Assembly: GCA_035537955.1 (NCBI GenBank)
Contig: DATLLF010000097.1
Coordinates: 13,184 to 77,183, forward strand
From: Vicinamibacterales bacterium
GTDB lineage: Bacteria; Acidobacteriota; Vicinamibacteria; Vicinamibacterales; 2-12-FULL-66-21
Reading direction: 5' to 3'
Length of the DNA: 64,000 nucleotides
Shown here: one piece after another, positions 19,198-27,078 of the stretch
Numbering within the stretch: the stretch's first letter is position 1
Layout: every line of letters begins with the position of its first letter
Made by a program: the position numbers and the translations under genes
The notes under the pieces: generated by a model
Databases searched by the model: none
What the model saw: only the letters and a program-made list of their open reading frames with translations
What the model was told of the DNA's origin: nothing

Positions 19198-20064
19198 ATG
19201 ACGTCGTCTTCGTCATCGGCTGGTGGTCCACTGGGGCATCGTCAGGTACGCAGTCTCTATCCCGGAGTCACCGAGAACCATCTGCGGTATCTGGAGAAGT
19301 GGGGACTGCTGCGCCATCAGTCACACGTTCCTCGCGAGCTGCGCCAATACACGTTCCCCGACCTGCAGACGATCAAGCAGCTCGCCGCGGAGTTGGAGCG
19401 CGGCACGCCGCTGCGTATCGTCCTCCGCTCGCTCGACGCCGAGCGGCAGGGGCAGCTGCAGTTGGACTTTCAGGATGCGACGGCCGCGAGCCACGCGCCG
19501 CGCGCCAAGGTGGTGGCGCTCGATCAGCATCGCGCCAGGCGTGAAGCGCTCAACGCTCCGCACCCGAAAGACGCGTCACTCCAGTTTCCCTTCGCCGATC
19601 CGCAGTCGGCGCTCGCCGCCAAATACTTCGTCGAGGGCTCGCGCCTCGACGACGGGGAAGAGCACAACATGGAATCGGCGGCGGCGGCGTACCGAAAGGC
19701 GCTGATCGTCGATCCGGATCTGGTGCCCGCGATCGTCAACCTGGCGAATATCCACTATGCGCGCGACGAGCTGATCGAGGCACAGGCGCTCTATGAACGA
19801 GCCATCGGCCTCGAACCCGATTGCTTCGAAGCGCACTTCAACCTGGGGAACATCCTTCACGACCTCGGGCGGTTCGATCGCGCGCTCACCTGTTACCGGA
19901 ACGCGGTCGCGCTGAATCCGTCGTACGCCGACGCGCACTTCTACCTGGCGGTGACGCTCGAGAAGACGGGTCACTCACCCGAAGCGAGGCCGCACTGGAA
20001 GGCGTACCAGGAGCTCGCGCCCAGCGGAGAATGGGTGGAGCTGGCCAAAGAATTCACTGAATAG
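19198..20064 (+). CDS. MerR-like HTH protein with C-terminal TPR repeats
   Basis: N-terminal VRSLYPGVTENHLRYLEKWGLL...YTFPDLQTIKQL resembles the MerR HTH and wing. The C-terminal half has three or more TPR units (AYRKALIVDP, YERAIGLEP, YRNAVALNP). Confidence 0.7.
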   Translation: MTSSSSSAGGPLGHRQVRSLYPGVTENHLRYLEKWGLLRHQSHVPRELRQYTFPDLQTIKQLAAELERGTPLRIVLRSLDAERQGQLQLDFQDATAASHAPRAKVVALDQHRARREALNAPHPKDASLQFPFADPQSALAAKYFVEGSRLDDGEEHNMESAAAAYRKALIVDPDLVPAIVNLANIHYARDELIEAQALYERAIGLEPDCFEAHFNLGNILHDLGRFDRALTCYRNAVALNPSYADAHFYLAVTLEKTGHSPEARPHWKAYQELAPSGEWVELAKEFTE

Positions 20065-20158
20065 ACTCAACTTCAAACGCCAGACGAGAAACTCCAAGAA
20101 GGACGAAGAACGCCCTCTTTTGATTCTTGGAGTTTGTAGTTTGAAGTTTGGAGTTGCC
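20065..20158. repeat. low-GC heptad-repeat hairpin element, copy C
   Basis: The inner stem AAACTCCAAGAA / TTCTTGGAGTTT is perfect and the outer arms pair imperfectly. It fills the spacer between convergent stops at 20062-20064 and 20171-20173. Confidence 0.75.
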
Positions 20159-20170
20159 TTTGGTTCAGCG

Positions 20171-20461
20171 TCAGTAGGAGTTGTAATCCCGCTTCTTGGG
20201 TGTGCGGCGAAGCTTGTAGAAGCCGCAGTCGGGGCACCAGGACTCGGCGACGAATCCCTCTTTGCCCGCAAACGGGAGCACGTCGCGATGTGTGCAGAAC
20301 TCTCCGGAGTCGGGATCGCAGCGCCACCGGCAGGACTGGAACTTCATGATCGCCTGCGAGGCAGCGGAGGGCTCGGCCGCCGCCGCAGGCGCACCATCCC
20401 CCGGCTGCGACGATTCGGTCTCGGGAAGAGGCGGCGTGAACCGGTTCGAGTCGTCCATCAT
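20171..20461 (-). CDS. small Cys-rich protein (putative zinc ribbon), translationally coupled to the helicase gene
   Basis: 96 aa: MMDDSNRF...SCRWRCDPDSGEFCTHRD...WCPDCGFY. Its ATG overlaps the helicase TGA in an ATGA overlap at 20458-20461. Third-position GC is high. Confidence 0.55.
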   Translation of the reverse strand: MMDDSNRFTPPLPETESSQPGDGAPAAAAEPSAASQAIMKFQSCRWRCDPDSGEFCTHRDVLPFAGKEGFVAESWCPDCGFYKLRRTPKKRDYNSY

Positions 20462-21729
20462 CCCTGCATCTCGATGCCGACGGAGCGCTGAAGTGCCTGC
20501 AGCGCCCGCAGTTCTTCGGGAGCGACAAGCGTCAACGCGGTCCCCGTGGCTTCCGCGCGACCCGTCCGGCCGACGCGATGGACATAGGTATCGCGATTGG
20601 TGGGCACCTCGTAATTGACGACATGCGTGATGCCGTCGATGTCGAGGCCGCGCGCGGCGACGTCGGTGGCGACGAGCACGCGGTAAGTGCCGCTTCGGAA
20701 CCCTTCGATCGCCTGTGTGCGTTGTTGCTGCGTTCGATCCGCGTGCAGCGCGGCTGCCTTCAATCCGAACGACGCCAGCTTGCGCGCGAGCCGGTCCGCC
20801 CCGGACTTCGTTCGCACGAACACCAGCACGGGACCGTGGGCGCGGCGCAGGAATTTCGCGAGCCACTCCGTCTTCTGCCCGGAGGGCACCGCTTCGGCGG
20901 TGTGCGTGATCGTTTTTGCCGCACCGGCCTGCGCCCCGATCTGCACGTACTTGGCATCGACGACGAGTTCGTCGGCCAGCTTCATTACTTCCTCGGCTAT
21001 GGTGGCCGAGAAGAGCAGCGTCTGCCGTTGCGCGCTGTCGGGCAGTGCCTGGACGATCCGGCGGACGTCGGGCCAGAAGCCCATGTCCATCATGCGATCC
21101 GCTTCGTCGAGCACGAGCGTATCGAGCTTGTCGAACGCTCCGATCTTGCTGCGCATGTGGTCCATCAATCGACCAGGTGTCGCGATGACGATGTCGACGC
21201 CTGATTTGAGGGCGCGTTCCTGCGGGCCCATCTCGACGCCGCCGTAGACGGCTACGCTGGTGATGTCGGTGTGATACGTGAAGCCCTCGACGTCGTCAGC
21301 GATCTGGACGCAGAGCTCGCGAGTGGGCGCCAGGATCAGGACGCGGGTGTAACCGCGTTCGTCGGGTGCCGCCGCGCGCGACTTCAGCATGCGATTGAGG
21401 ATCGGCAGCAGGAACGCGGCGGTCTTGCCAGTGCCGGTTGCGGCGCAGCCGATCAGATCATCGCCGTCCATCACGAAAGGTATGACGGCGCTCTGGATCG
21501 GTGTCGTTGCATTGAACCCGCGAACCCGGATCCCCTCGATGAGCGACGGTTCCAGGCCGAGCGACTCGAAGGCAACCGGACGCGGATCGTATTGAGCCTG
21601 CGGCCGCGTCACCGGTGTAGGTGCGGTCATCGGGGCTTCGTGCCGGGGGGCGCGGCGCGCGTTCTGGCGCGGAGCCCGACGTCCTCCCCGGCGGCCACGA
21701 GCGTTGGATTGTGATGTATGGGAGTTCAA
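20458..21729 (-). CDS. DEAD-box ATP-dependent RNA helicase
   Basis: Motifs AATGTGKTAAF, DEAD, SAT and HRVGRTGR. The track start is TTG 21729, which adds an Arg-rich N-terminal tail. An alternative ATG lies at 21630. Confidence 0.9.
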   Translation of the reverse strand: MNSHTSQSNARGRRGGRRAPRQNARRAPRHEAPMTAPTPVTRPQAQYDPRPVAFESLGLEPSLIEGIRVRGFNATTPIQSAVIPFVMDGDDLIGCAATGTGKTAAFLLPILNRMLKSRAAAPDERGYTRVLILAPTRELCVQIADDVEGFTYHTDITSVAVYGGVEMGPQERALKSGVDIVIATPGRLMDHMRSKIGAFDKLDTLVLDEADRMMDMGFWPDVRRIVQALPDSAQRQTLLFSATIAEEVMKLADELVVDAKYVQIGAQAGAAKTITHTAEAVPSGQKTEWLAKFLRRAHGPVLVFVRTKSGADRLARKLASFGLKAAALHADRTQQQRTQAIEGFRSGTYRVLVATDVAARGLDIDGITHVVNYEVPTNRDTYVHRVGRTGRAEATGTALTLVAPEELRALQALQRSVGIEMQG

Positions 21730-21739
21730 ACCTGTTTAC

Positions 21740-21958
21740 TTAGCGAGCGCGGAAGGTGATGATGCCGCGGACCGGATCGTAGGGGGAAACCCCAACGGTG
21801 ACTCGATCGCCAGGTACCACCTTGATGCGGAAGCGGCGCATCCGGCCGCTCAACTGCGCGAGAACCTCATGGCCCTGGTCACATTGCACGCGATAGAGGC
21901 CGCCGCTGTGCACCGCGACGACGGTGCCTTGCACATCAATCAGATCATCCTTGCTCAA
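21740..21958 (-). CDS. infA: translation initiation factor IF-1
   Basis: 72 aa with an S1-like fold sequence (...RVQCDQGHEVLAQLSGRMRRFRIKVVPGDRVTVGVSPYD...). TTG start. Confidence 0.95.
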   Translation of the reverse strand: MSKDDLIDVQGTVVAVHSGGLYRVQCDQGHEVLAQLSGRMRRFRIKVVPGDRVTVGVSPYDPVRGIITFRAR

Positions 21959-22024
21959 GCGCTGTCCTTTCCAAACAAAGATTGTGCCACATTCTGCTCC
22001 TCATCTCAATCTCAGCCGCATCCA

Positions 22025-24577
22025 TCAAAGGCTCCGAACGGCCGCTTCAACCCGCCCCGCGAGGGTGCCGTAGTCGTTGCCTGTCAACGACATAGCTGGG
22101 CCGAAGCTCACGCGAGCGCAGCCGTATCGCGGAACCGTCCAGGTATGGTGGAGAATCCTATCAAGACCCTCGACACGAACCGGGACGACTGGAATGGCGA
22201 GTCGCGACGCGATCATCCCGACGCCTCGCTGGAATTCGGCGATCGCGCCATCATCGGTCCGCCGGCCTTCGGGAAAGATGAGGACCGAATAACCGCTTTC
22301 CGCCACCTCACCGATATAACGCAGAGCCTGCCGTGCGCCCGCTTCCCGCTGCGGAAGCGGAAACGCGGCGAAGAACAGCGAAGCGAGATAGTAATTGAGG
22401 CTGTTCGTAAGACGCTTCGACAGTGGATATTGATCCGGGTGGAAATGCGGCGCGAAGAACTCCTTGAGCATAGCCGGAGCGACGCGATACCGCCACTGTG
22501 GCGGTAGCGCCTTCAGGATCGCGGGCGTGTCGAAGTGACTCTGATGGTTGGCCGCAAAGATCACGGGCCCATGGAGACCACGGAGATTCTCGACACCGCG
22601 AACCTCGAGTTTCACGAAGAGTCGCATCGGCGGCAGGATCCACGTCGGCAGGCTGATGCGGCGCGCGGCGCGCGCGACTGAGGATCGATTCCACGAGGGA
22701 AGGTCGAAAGTGTCGATGAGGCGCGCCTCCGGGGCCGCGCCTTCGATCGGACGAACCAGCGCCTCGAGATCGCCGACCGTTTTCGCCGCAGCGAACTGCG
22801 CCTCGTCGACGGTGACCTCGAACGATTCTTCGAGGGCCATCATCAGCTCGACCCGTTCAAGCGAACTGAGCCCGAGCGCGTCGATCGCGGTTTCCGCGGT
22901 GATCGAACGTCCGGGCGCGAAGCGGTCGAGCATCGCGATCACGCTGCGTCCCCGGGAGGGCGGGCGCGATGATCCATGCTGGCCCGCCAGCCACTGCTTC
23001 AGCTCGCGCCGTTTCAATTTGCGAGTGCCTTCGGTGCGCGGCAGATCGCCGGCGGTCCAGGCAACGACGGCGCGGATCTTCTGGTGATCCTGCAGTTGGC
23101 TGTTCGCTTGCCGCACGACGTCGTCGAGGTCCACGCCTGGATCCGAGACGATGACGGCCTGGACGCGCTCGGTGGTGCTCGAAGATCCGGTCACGGGCGC
23201 CCCGATTACCGCTGACTCACGAACGCCGGGAATGGCGTTCAGCACGCGCTCGACGTCCTCGGGAAACACATTCAGTCCCTCGGGCGTGACGATCATCTCC
23301 TTCTTACGGCCGCGTATGTGCAGGTGACCGGAGCCGTCGAATTCGCCGATGTCGCCAGTGTGAAACCAGCCGTCCTCGAACGCCGTCTGCGTTTCGTCCT
23401 TCGCGTTGTAATAGCCGCTGGTCACGTTTTCACCGCGCACGAGGATCTCCCCGTCGGCCGCGATCTTCACCTCCACTCCGGCGAGAGGCTTGCCGACGCC
23501 GCCTCTCGCGGCGCGCAGGGGGTGGTTCAGCGTGACGACGGGAGCCGTTTCGGTGAGACCGTACCCCTGGACGACGAGAAAGCCGAGGCGTCTCCAGAAC
23601 TGTTCGAGCTCGGGATCCAGCGGCGCCGCCCCGACGACAAACGCCCAGAATTTGAACCCGAAGATGCGATGGATGCGGCGGTAGCGCCACCAGTTCTTCG
23701 CCCAGTGCGTGCCAGGCGGAGGAGGCTCCGCGGCTTCGGGTGCGAGGCGCAGGACGTGATCGCGCAGGACCTCGAGCATCTTCGGCACGCACACGACGAT
23801 GGAGACGCGCCGATCGTGAATCTGTCGAACGATGTCCGGCGGCGCGAAGCTGCGGGTGAACACCGTCATCCCGTCGAGCATCGGAGGAATGAACGTCGCC
23901 ATCGACTGCCCGAACATGTGGCTGAGCGGCAGCAGGTTGAGGAAGCGGATCGGCGCGAACGGTCTCGCATACTTGCGATACTTTGCGATCTCGCGTTCGA
24001 TCGGCACGATGTTCGCGAGGATGTTCCGGTGGGTGAGGACGACGCCTTTCGGGTCCGCCGTCGCGCCTGACGTGAAGATGATCTCCGCGGTGTCCGTCGC
24101 ATCCGCTGCGTAGGTCTGTGGCAAGGGATCGCTGCTGTCGGCGGAGGCCCGGCCAGTGCTGCGCGCCACGTCGCGGATCGACCACACGGCCCGATGCGTC
24201 TCGATGTTTCCTTCCACATCGCCGATCACAATGAGCGGCGCGTCGACGATGTCCGCGATGCGAAGGACGAGTTCGGCTGACGATCGATAGTCGATGGGCA
24301 CGAGGATCGCGCCCTCGAGCAGACATCCCCAGAGCACCACCAGCCATTCGGCCCGGTTCTCGCACCACAGAACGACCTTGTCGCCGCGGCGGACACCGGT
24401 GCTTCGCAGGCGAGTCGCGCATGCACGCGCCGCGGCGGCGATCTCGCGGTACGTGAACGTCCACGCACGATAGCCGTCGTCGTACACGACGAAGTCGCGC
24501 TCGATCGTGGAGAGATCCTCGAAGAAGTCGAGGAGCGTGCGCCGCAGCATGCGCTGAATTATGATGGAAAACTCCAT
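22025..24577 (-). CDS. tri-domain fusion: acyl-AMP ligase (AMP-binding), carrier (PP-binding-like) domain and PlsC-type acyltransferase
   Basis: AMP-binding core TSGATADPKGV and GYGLTE. Carrier-like IDALGLSSLERVELMMALEE. Acyltransferase motifs NHQSHFD (HX4D, nt 22529-22546) and FPEGRRT. The start may be ATG 24550 (MLRRTLLDFF) rather than 24577. Confidence 0.85.
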   Translation of the reverse strand: MEFSIIIQRMLRRTLLDFFEDLSTIERDFVVYDDGYRAWTFTYREIAAAARACATRLRSTGVRRGDKVVLWCENRAEWLVVLWGCLLEGAILVPIDYRSSAELVLRIADIVDAPLIVIGDVEGNIETHRAVWSIRDVARSTGRASADSSDPLPQTYAADATDTAEIIFTSGATADPKGVVLTHRNILANIVPIEREIAKYRKYARPFAPIRFLNLLPLSHMFGQSMATFIPPMLDGMTVFTRSFAPPDIVRQIHDRRVSIVVCVPKMLEVLRDHVLRLAPEAAEPPPPGTHWAKNWWRYRRIHRIFGFKFWAFVVGAAPLDPELEQFWRRLGFLVVQGYGLTETAPVVTLNHPLRAARGGVGKPLAGVEVKIAADGEILVRGENVTSGYYNAKDETQTAFEDGWFHTGDIGEFDGSGHLHIRGRKKEMIVTPEGLNVFPEDVERVLNAIPGVRESAVIGAPVTGSSSTTERVQAVIVSDPGVDLDDVVRQANSQLQDHQKIRAVVAWTAGDLPRTEGTRKLKRRELKQWLAGQHGSSRPPSRGRSVIAMLDRFAPGRSITAETAIDALGLSSLERVELMMALEESFEVTVDEAQFAAAKTVGDLEALVRPIEGAAPEARLIDTFDLPSWNRSSVARAARRISLPTWILPPMRLFVKLEVRGVENLRGLHGPVIFAANHQSHFDTPAILKALPPQWRYRVAPAMLKEFFAPHFHPDQYPLSKRLTNSLNYYLASLFFAAFPLPQREAGARQALRYIGEVAESGYSVLIFPEGRRTDDGAIAEFQRGVGMIASRLAIPVVPVRVEGLDRILHHTWTVPRYGCARVSFGPAMSLTGNDYGTLAGRVEAAVRSL
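24558..24565. promoter_or_regulatory. AT-rich core ATTATGAT shared by two divergent genes
   Basis: The minus strand reads CATAAT-n7-ATG(24550). The plus strand reads TATGAT-n10-ATG(24576). Confidence 0.3.
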
Positions 24578-25922
24578 GTCGCTTCCGCCGGTCTTCGCCG
24601 CCAGCGCCCTCTACGACAACCTGCTGCAGGCGGCGCTCAGACAGTTCTTCGGACGCGCGACCTTCGAAACGGAACCGATCCCTTCGCTCTCCTCGGACGG
24701 GCGTCTCGCGATCGAGCCGACGAACGACCCCTCGGTGTTGTCGATTCGCTGGTTCGGATCGCGGCACGTGCTTCACGTACCGGCGCGGCGTCCGTTCACG
24801 AAACACGAGGTCAGACTTGCGCGCGCGATCGGCACCGTTCTCGCGGCGCGCTACCGCGCGATCTTCGATCCGAAACAGATGCTCGAACGCGGCGAACTGT
24901 TCCGCGGATCGATCGAGGACCGCTACGTGAGCGCGTTTCTCGATCCCGTGCCGATGACGGATCCGTCGCAGTCGCGCGCGGACCTCGCTGCCACCGCGAT
25001 CGAGGTGCTGCGTGTCGCAGCGCTGTCGAGCTACGAGAACCGTGCGATTTCCTCAGGTGTTCTGCTCCTCGGCGGGCTGGAAGATCCAGTCCGGGCGAGC
25101 ACGCGCCCGTCCGGCAGTGAGTATCGCTACTCCGCGGCGCTGACCGGGATCAAGAGTTTCTACCGTCTCTGCGATGGACTGCGGACGCTCTTCCTGGTGA
25201 ACCGTGACGGGGCCGTCCTCGACATTGTCGAAGTGCAGCGCTACGACCATCCCGCGCCGCTCGCCGTGCCGTGCTCGATCACCTATCGCTCGCATGCGCG
25301 CGCCACGGTCGGCAACGAGAACATCTCCATCGTCTTGAGCCCGACACACGAAATCAAGATCTTCGCGGAGGGGAAGCAGGTTTTCAGCTTCCGTAATGCG
25401 AAATGGAACCTGCTGGACGTCGAGGCGAAGTACGAGATCTGGTCCTACTCGTTGGGCAACCGCGCGCTCGCCGAACGGCTGTTCCACACGGCGCTCGATC
25501 TTGCGGATTCGCGCGAAGGGGCGCTGTTCGTCGTCCTTCGCGACGCGGCTGCCTCGCTGCCGCTGCTCGTTGCGCCGGGGGACCAGCTGGATGCGATTCG
25601 CGTCGTTGGCGGCGAAGTGCCGACGCGGGCACAACTGATGTACATGCTCAGGGGCCGCAGCGTCACGGATCTCGATCCTGCCGTGCTCGAGGGGCTCGCC
25701 CGGACTGATGGCGCGACGGTCATGGATGCGTCCGGGCGGCTCCTTGCGGTCGGCGCCATCCTGCTGCATCCGGAGCCACTCGAGCCACACTCGAGTCTGG
25801 CCGTCGAAGGCGCACGCACTACCGCCGCCATGGCCGCGGGCCGGTATGGCGCCGTCCTCAAGGTGAGCGAGGACGGGCTCATCACCTTCTACGATCAGCA
25901 GGAGCGGATCTGGGACATCTGA
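24561..25922 (+). CDS. protein with two tandem degenerate diadenylate-cyclase-like (DisA_N/DAC-like) modules
   Basis: Module 2 has GALFVVLRD, DGATVMD (nt 25707-25715) and GARTTAA (nt 25809-25829) where DAC has GTRHRAA, then VLKVSEDGLITFY. Module 1 has GVLLLGG, DGAVLD (from nt 25206) and YRSHARA (nt 25284-25304), then SIVLSPTHEIKIF. The start may be ATG 24576. Confidence 0.6.
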   Translation: MMENSMSLPPVFAASALYDNLLQAALRQFFGRATFETEPIPSLSSDGRLAIEPTNDPSVLSIRWFGSRHVLHVPARRPFTKHEVRLARAIGTVLAARYRAIFDPKQMLERGELFRGSIEDRYVSAFLDPVPMTDPSQSRADLAATAIEVLRVAALSSYENRAISSGVLLLGGLEDPVRASTRPSGSEYRYSAALTGIKSFYRLCDGLRTLFLVNRDGAVLDIVEVQRYDHPAPLAVPCSITYRSHARATVGNENISIVLSPTHEIKIFAEGKQVFSFRNAKWNLLDVEAKYEIWSYSLGNRALAERLFHTALDLADSREGALFVVLRDAAASLPLLVAPGDQLDAIRVVGGEVPTRAQLMYMLRGRSVTDLDPAVLEGLARTDGATVMDASGRLLAVGAILLHPEPLEPHSSLAVEGARTTAAMAAGRYGAVLKVSEDGLITFYDQQERIWDI

Positions 25923-26027
25923 ACTGAACCTGGCCATGCTGAACGCTGAAGTAAGGCTGCAAGGCGGAAGTGCGCAAGTAAGGCCCGCAATTAAGCAAGC
26001 ACGCAAGGAAGCAAGGACGTAATCGGA

Positions 26028-26921
26028 ATGCGCATCTTTTTGACCGGCGGCACCGGCTACATCGGGTCGGCGGTTCTCGACGCGTTCGTGCGGGCGGGGC
26101 ATCACGTGGATGCGCTCGTGCGGAACAGCGAGAAGGCGGAGCGCGTCCAGTCGCGAGGGGCGACGCCGGTGCTCGGCGATGCCTCCGAGCCTGCTTCCTA
26201 CGCGGATGCCGCGGCTGCGGCGGATGGTGTCGTGCTCACGGCTTTCGACACTTCACGACGGGCGGTCAGAGTCGATGCGACGACTATCGACACCGTGCTG
26301 TCGACGCCCGTGCGCCCGGGGCGGTTCATCATCTACACCTCGGGCGTGTGGGTGCTCGGCCCTGCGCCCGCGTCGGTGGATGAATCTGCGCCGTTGAACC
26401 CCATCGAACATGTCGCGTGGCGACCGGCACACGAGAAGCGCATCCTCGATGCGGCGACTGCTGGCTGGCGAACGATCGTCGTCCGGCCCGGGATCGTCTA
26501 TGGAGGAACCGGCGGCATTGTCGGCGATCTGCTGAAGGATGCCTCGAACAGCCTGATTCGCGTCGTCGGCAGCGGCGACAATCACTGGCCCCTCGTCTAC
26601 GATCGCGATCTCGCCGATCTCTACGTGAGGTTTGCGGCGAACCCCGGCGCCTCCGGCGTTTATCACGCGAACGACGAGGGGGACGAAATCGTCAACGATA
26701 TCGTTCAGGCGATCAGCGAGCACGCGAAGACGGAGCCGAGCGTGCGTCATCTGCCGTTGTCCGAAGCCAAGAAGAAGATGGGCACCTACGCCGAGGCGCT
26801 GGCGCTCGATCAGATCGTCCGCAGCCCCCGCGCCCGTGCCCTCGGCTGGAGCCCCTCGCTTCACTCCGTGTCGGGCAACGCAGCGAGGTTGTTCGAAGAA
26901 TGGAAACAGAAAAAACGCTGA
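26028..26921 (+). CDS. NAD-dependent epimerase/dehydratase family protein (extended SDR)
   Basis: N-terminal Rossmann motif MRIFLTGGTGYIGSAV. 297 aa. Confidence 0.8.
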   Translation: MRIFLTGGTGYIGSAVLDAFVRAGHHVDALVRNSEKAERVQSRGATPVLGDASEPASYADAAAAADGVVLTAFDTSRRAVRVDATTIDTVLSTPVRPGRFIIYTSGVWVLGPAPASVDESAPLNPIEHVAWRPAHEKRILDAATAGWRTIVVRPGIVYGGTGGIVGDLLKDASNSLIRVVGSGDNHWPLVYDRDLADLYVRFAANPGASGVYHANDEGDEIVNDIVQAISEHAKTEPSVRHLPLSEAKKKMGTYAEALALDQIVRSPRARALGWSPSLHSVSGNAARLFEEWKQKKR

Positions 26922-26944
26922 GGAACCTGCGTCGAAGCCCTGCC

Positions 26945-27059
26945 AAAGACCTCACCACAGAGACCGCAGAGGGCGCAGAGAGAGGTTTTAGAAAAGAAAG
27001 GGAAAAAAGAAAAAAAAGAAAAACTCTGCGTTCTCTGCGTTCTCCGTGGTGAGGTCTTT
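26945..27059. repeat. long imperfect hairpin with a poly-purine loop between convergent genes
   Basis: AAAGACCTCACCACAGAGACCGCAGAGGGCGCAGAGAG pairs with CTCTGCGTTCTCTGCGTTCTCCGTGGTGAGGTCTTT. The loop is TTTTAGAAAAGAAAGGGAAAAAAGAAAAAAAAGAAAAA. Confidence 0.75.
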
Positions 27060-27078
27060 TATGAGCAGTTGTCGCCGA

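Noticed and set aside
20171-20866. 231-aa ORF as listed in the track
   Set aside because: Only the last 96 codons (from ATG 20461) lie outside the helicase gene and look protein-like. The upstream part is an out-of-frame overlap with the helicase CDS.
23430-24806. 458-aa minus-strand ORF in an alternative frame of the acyl-ligase fusion gene that extends over the DAC-like gene start
   Set aside because: The translation is Arg/Pro-rich. It overlaps two genes that have clear domain content.
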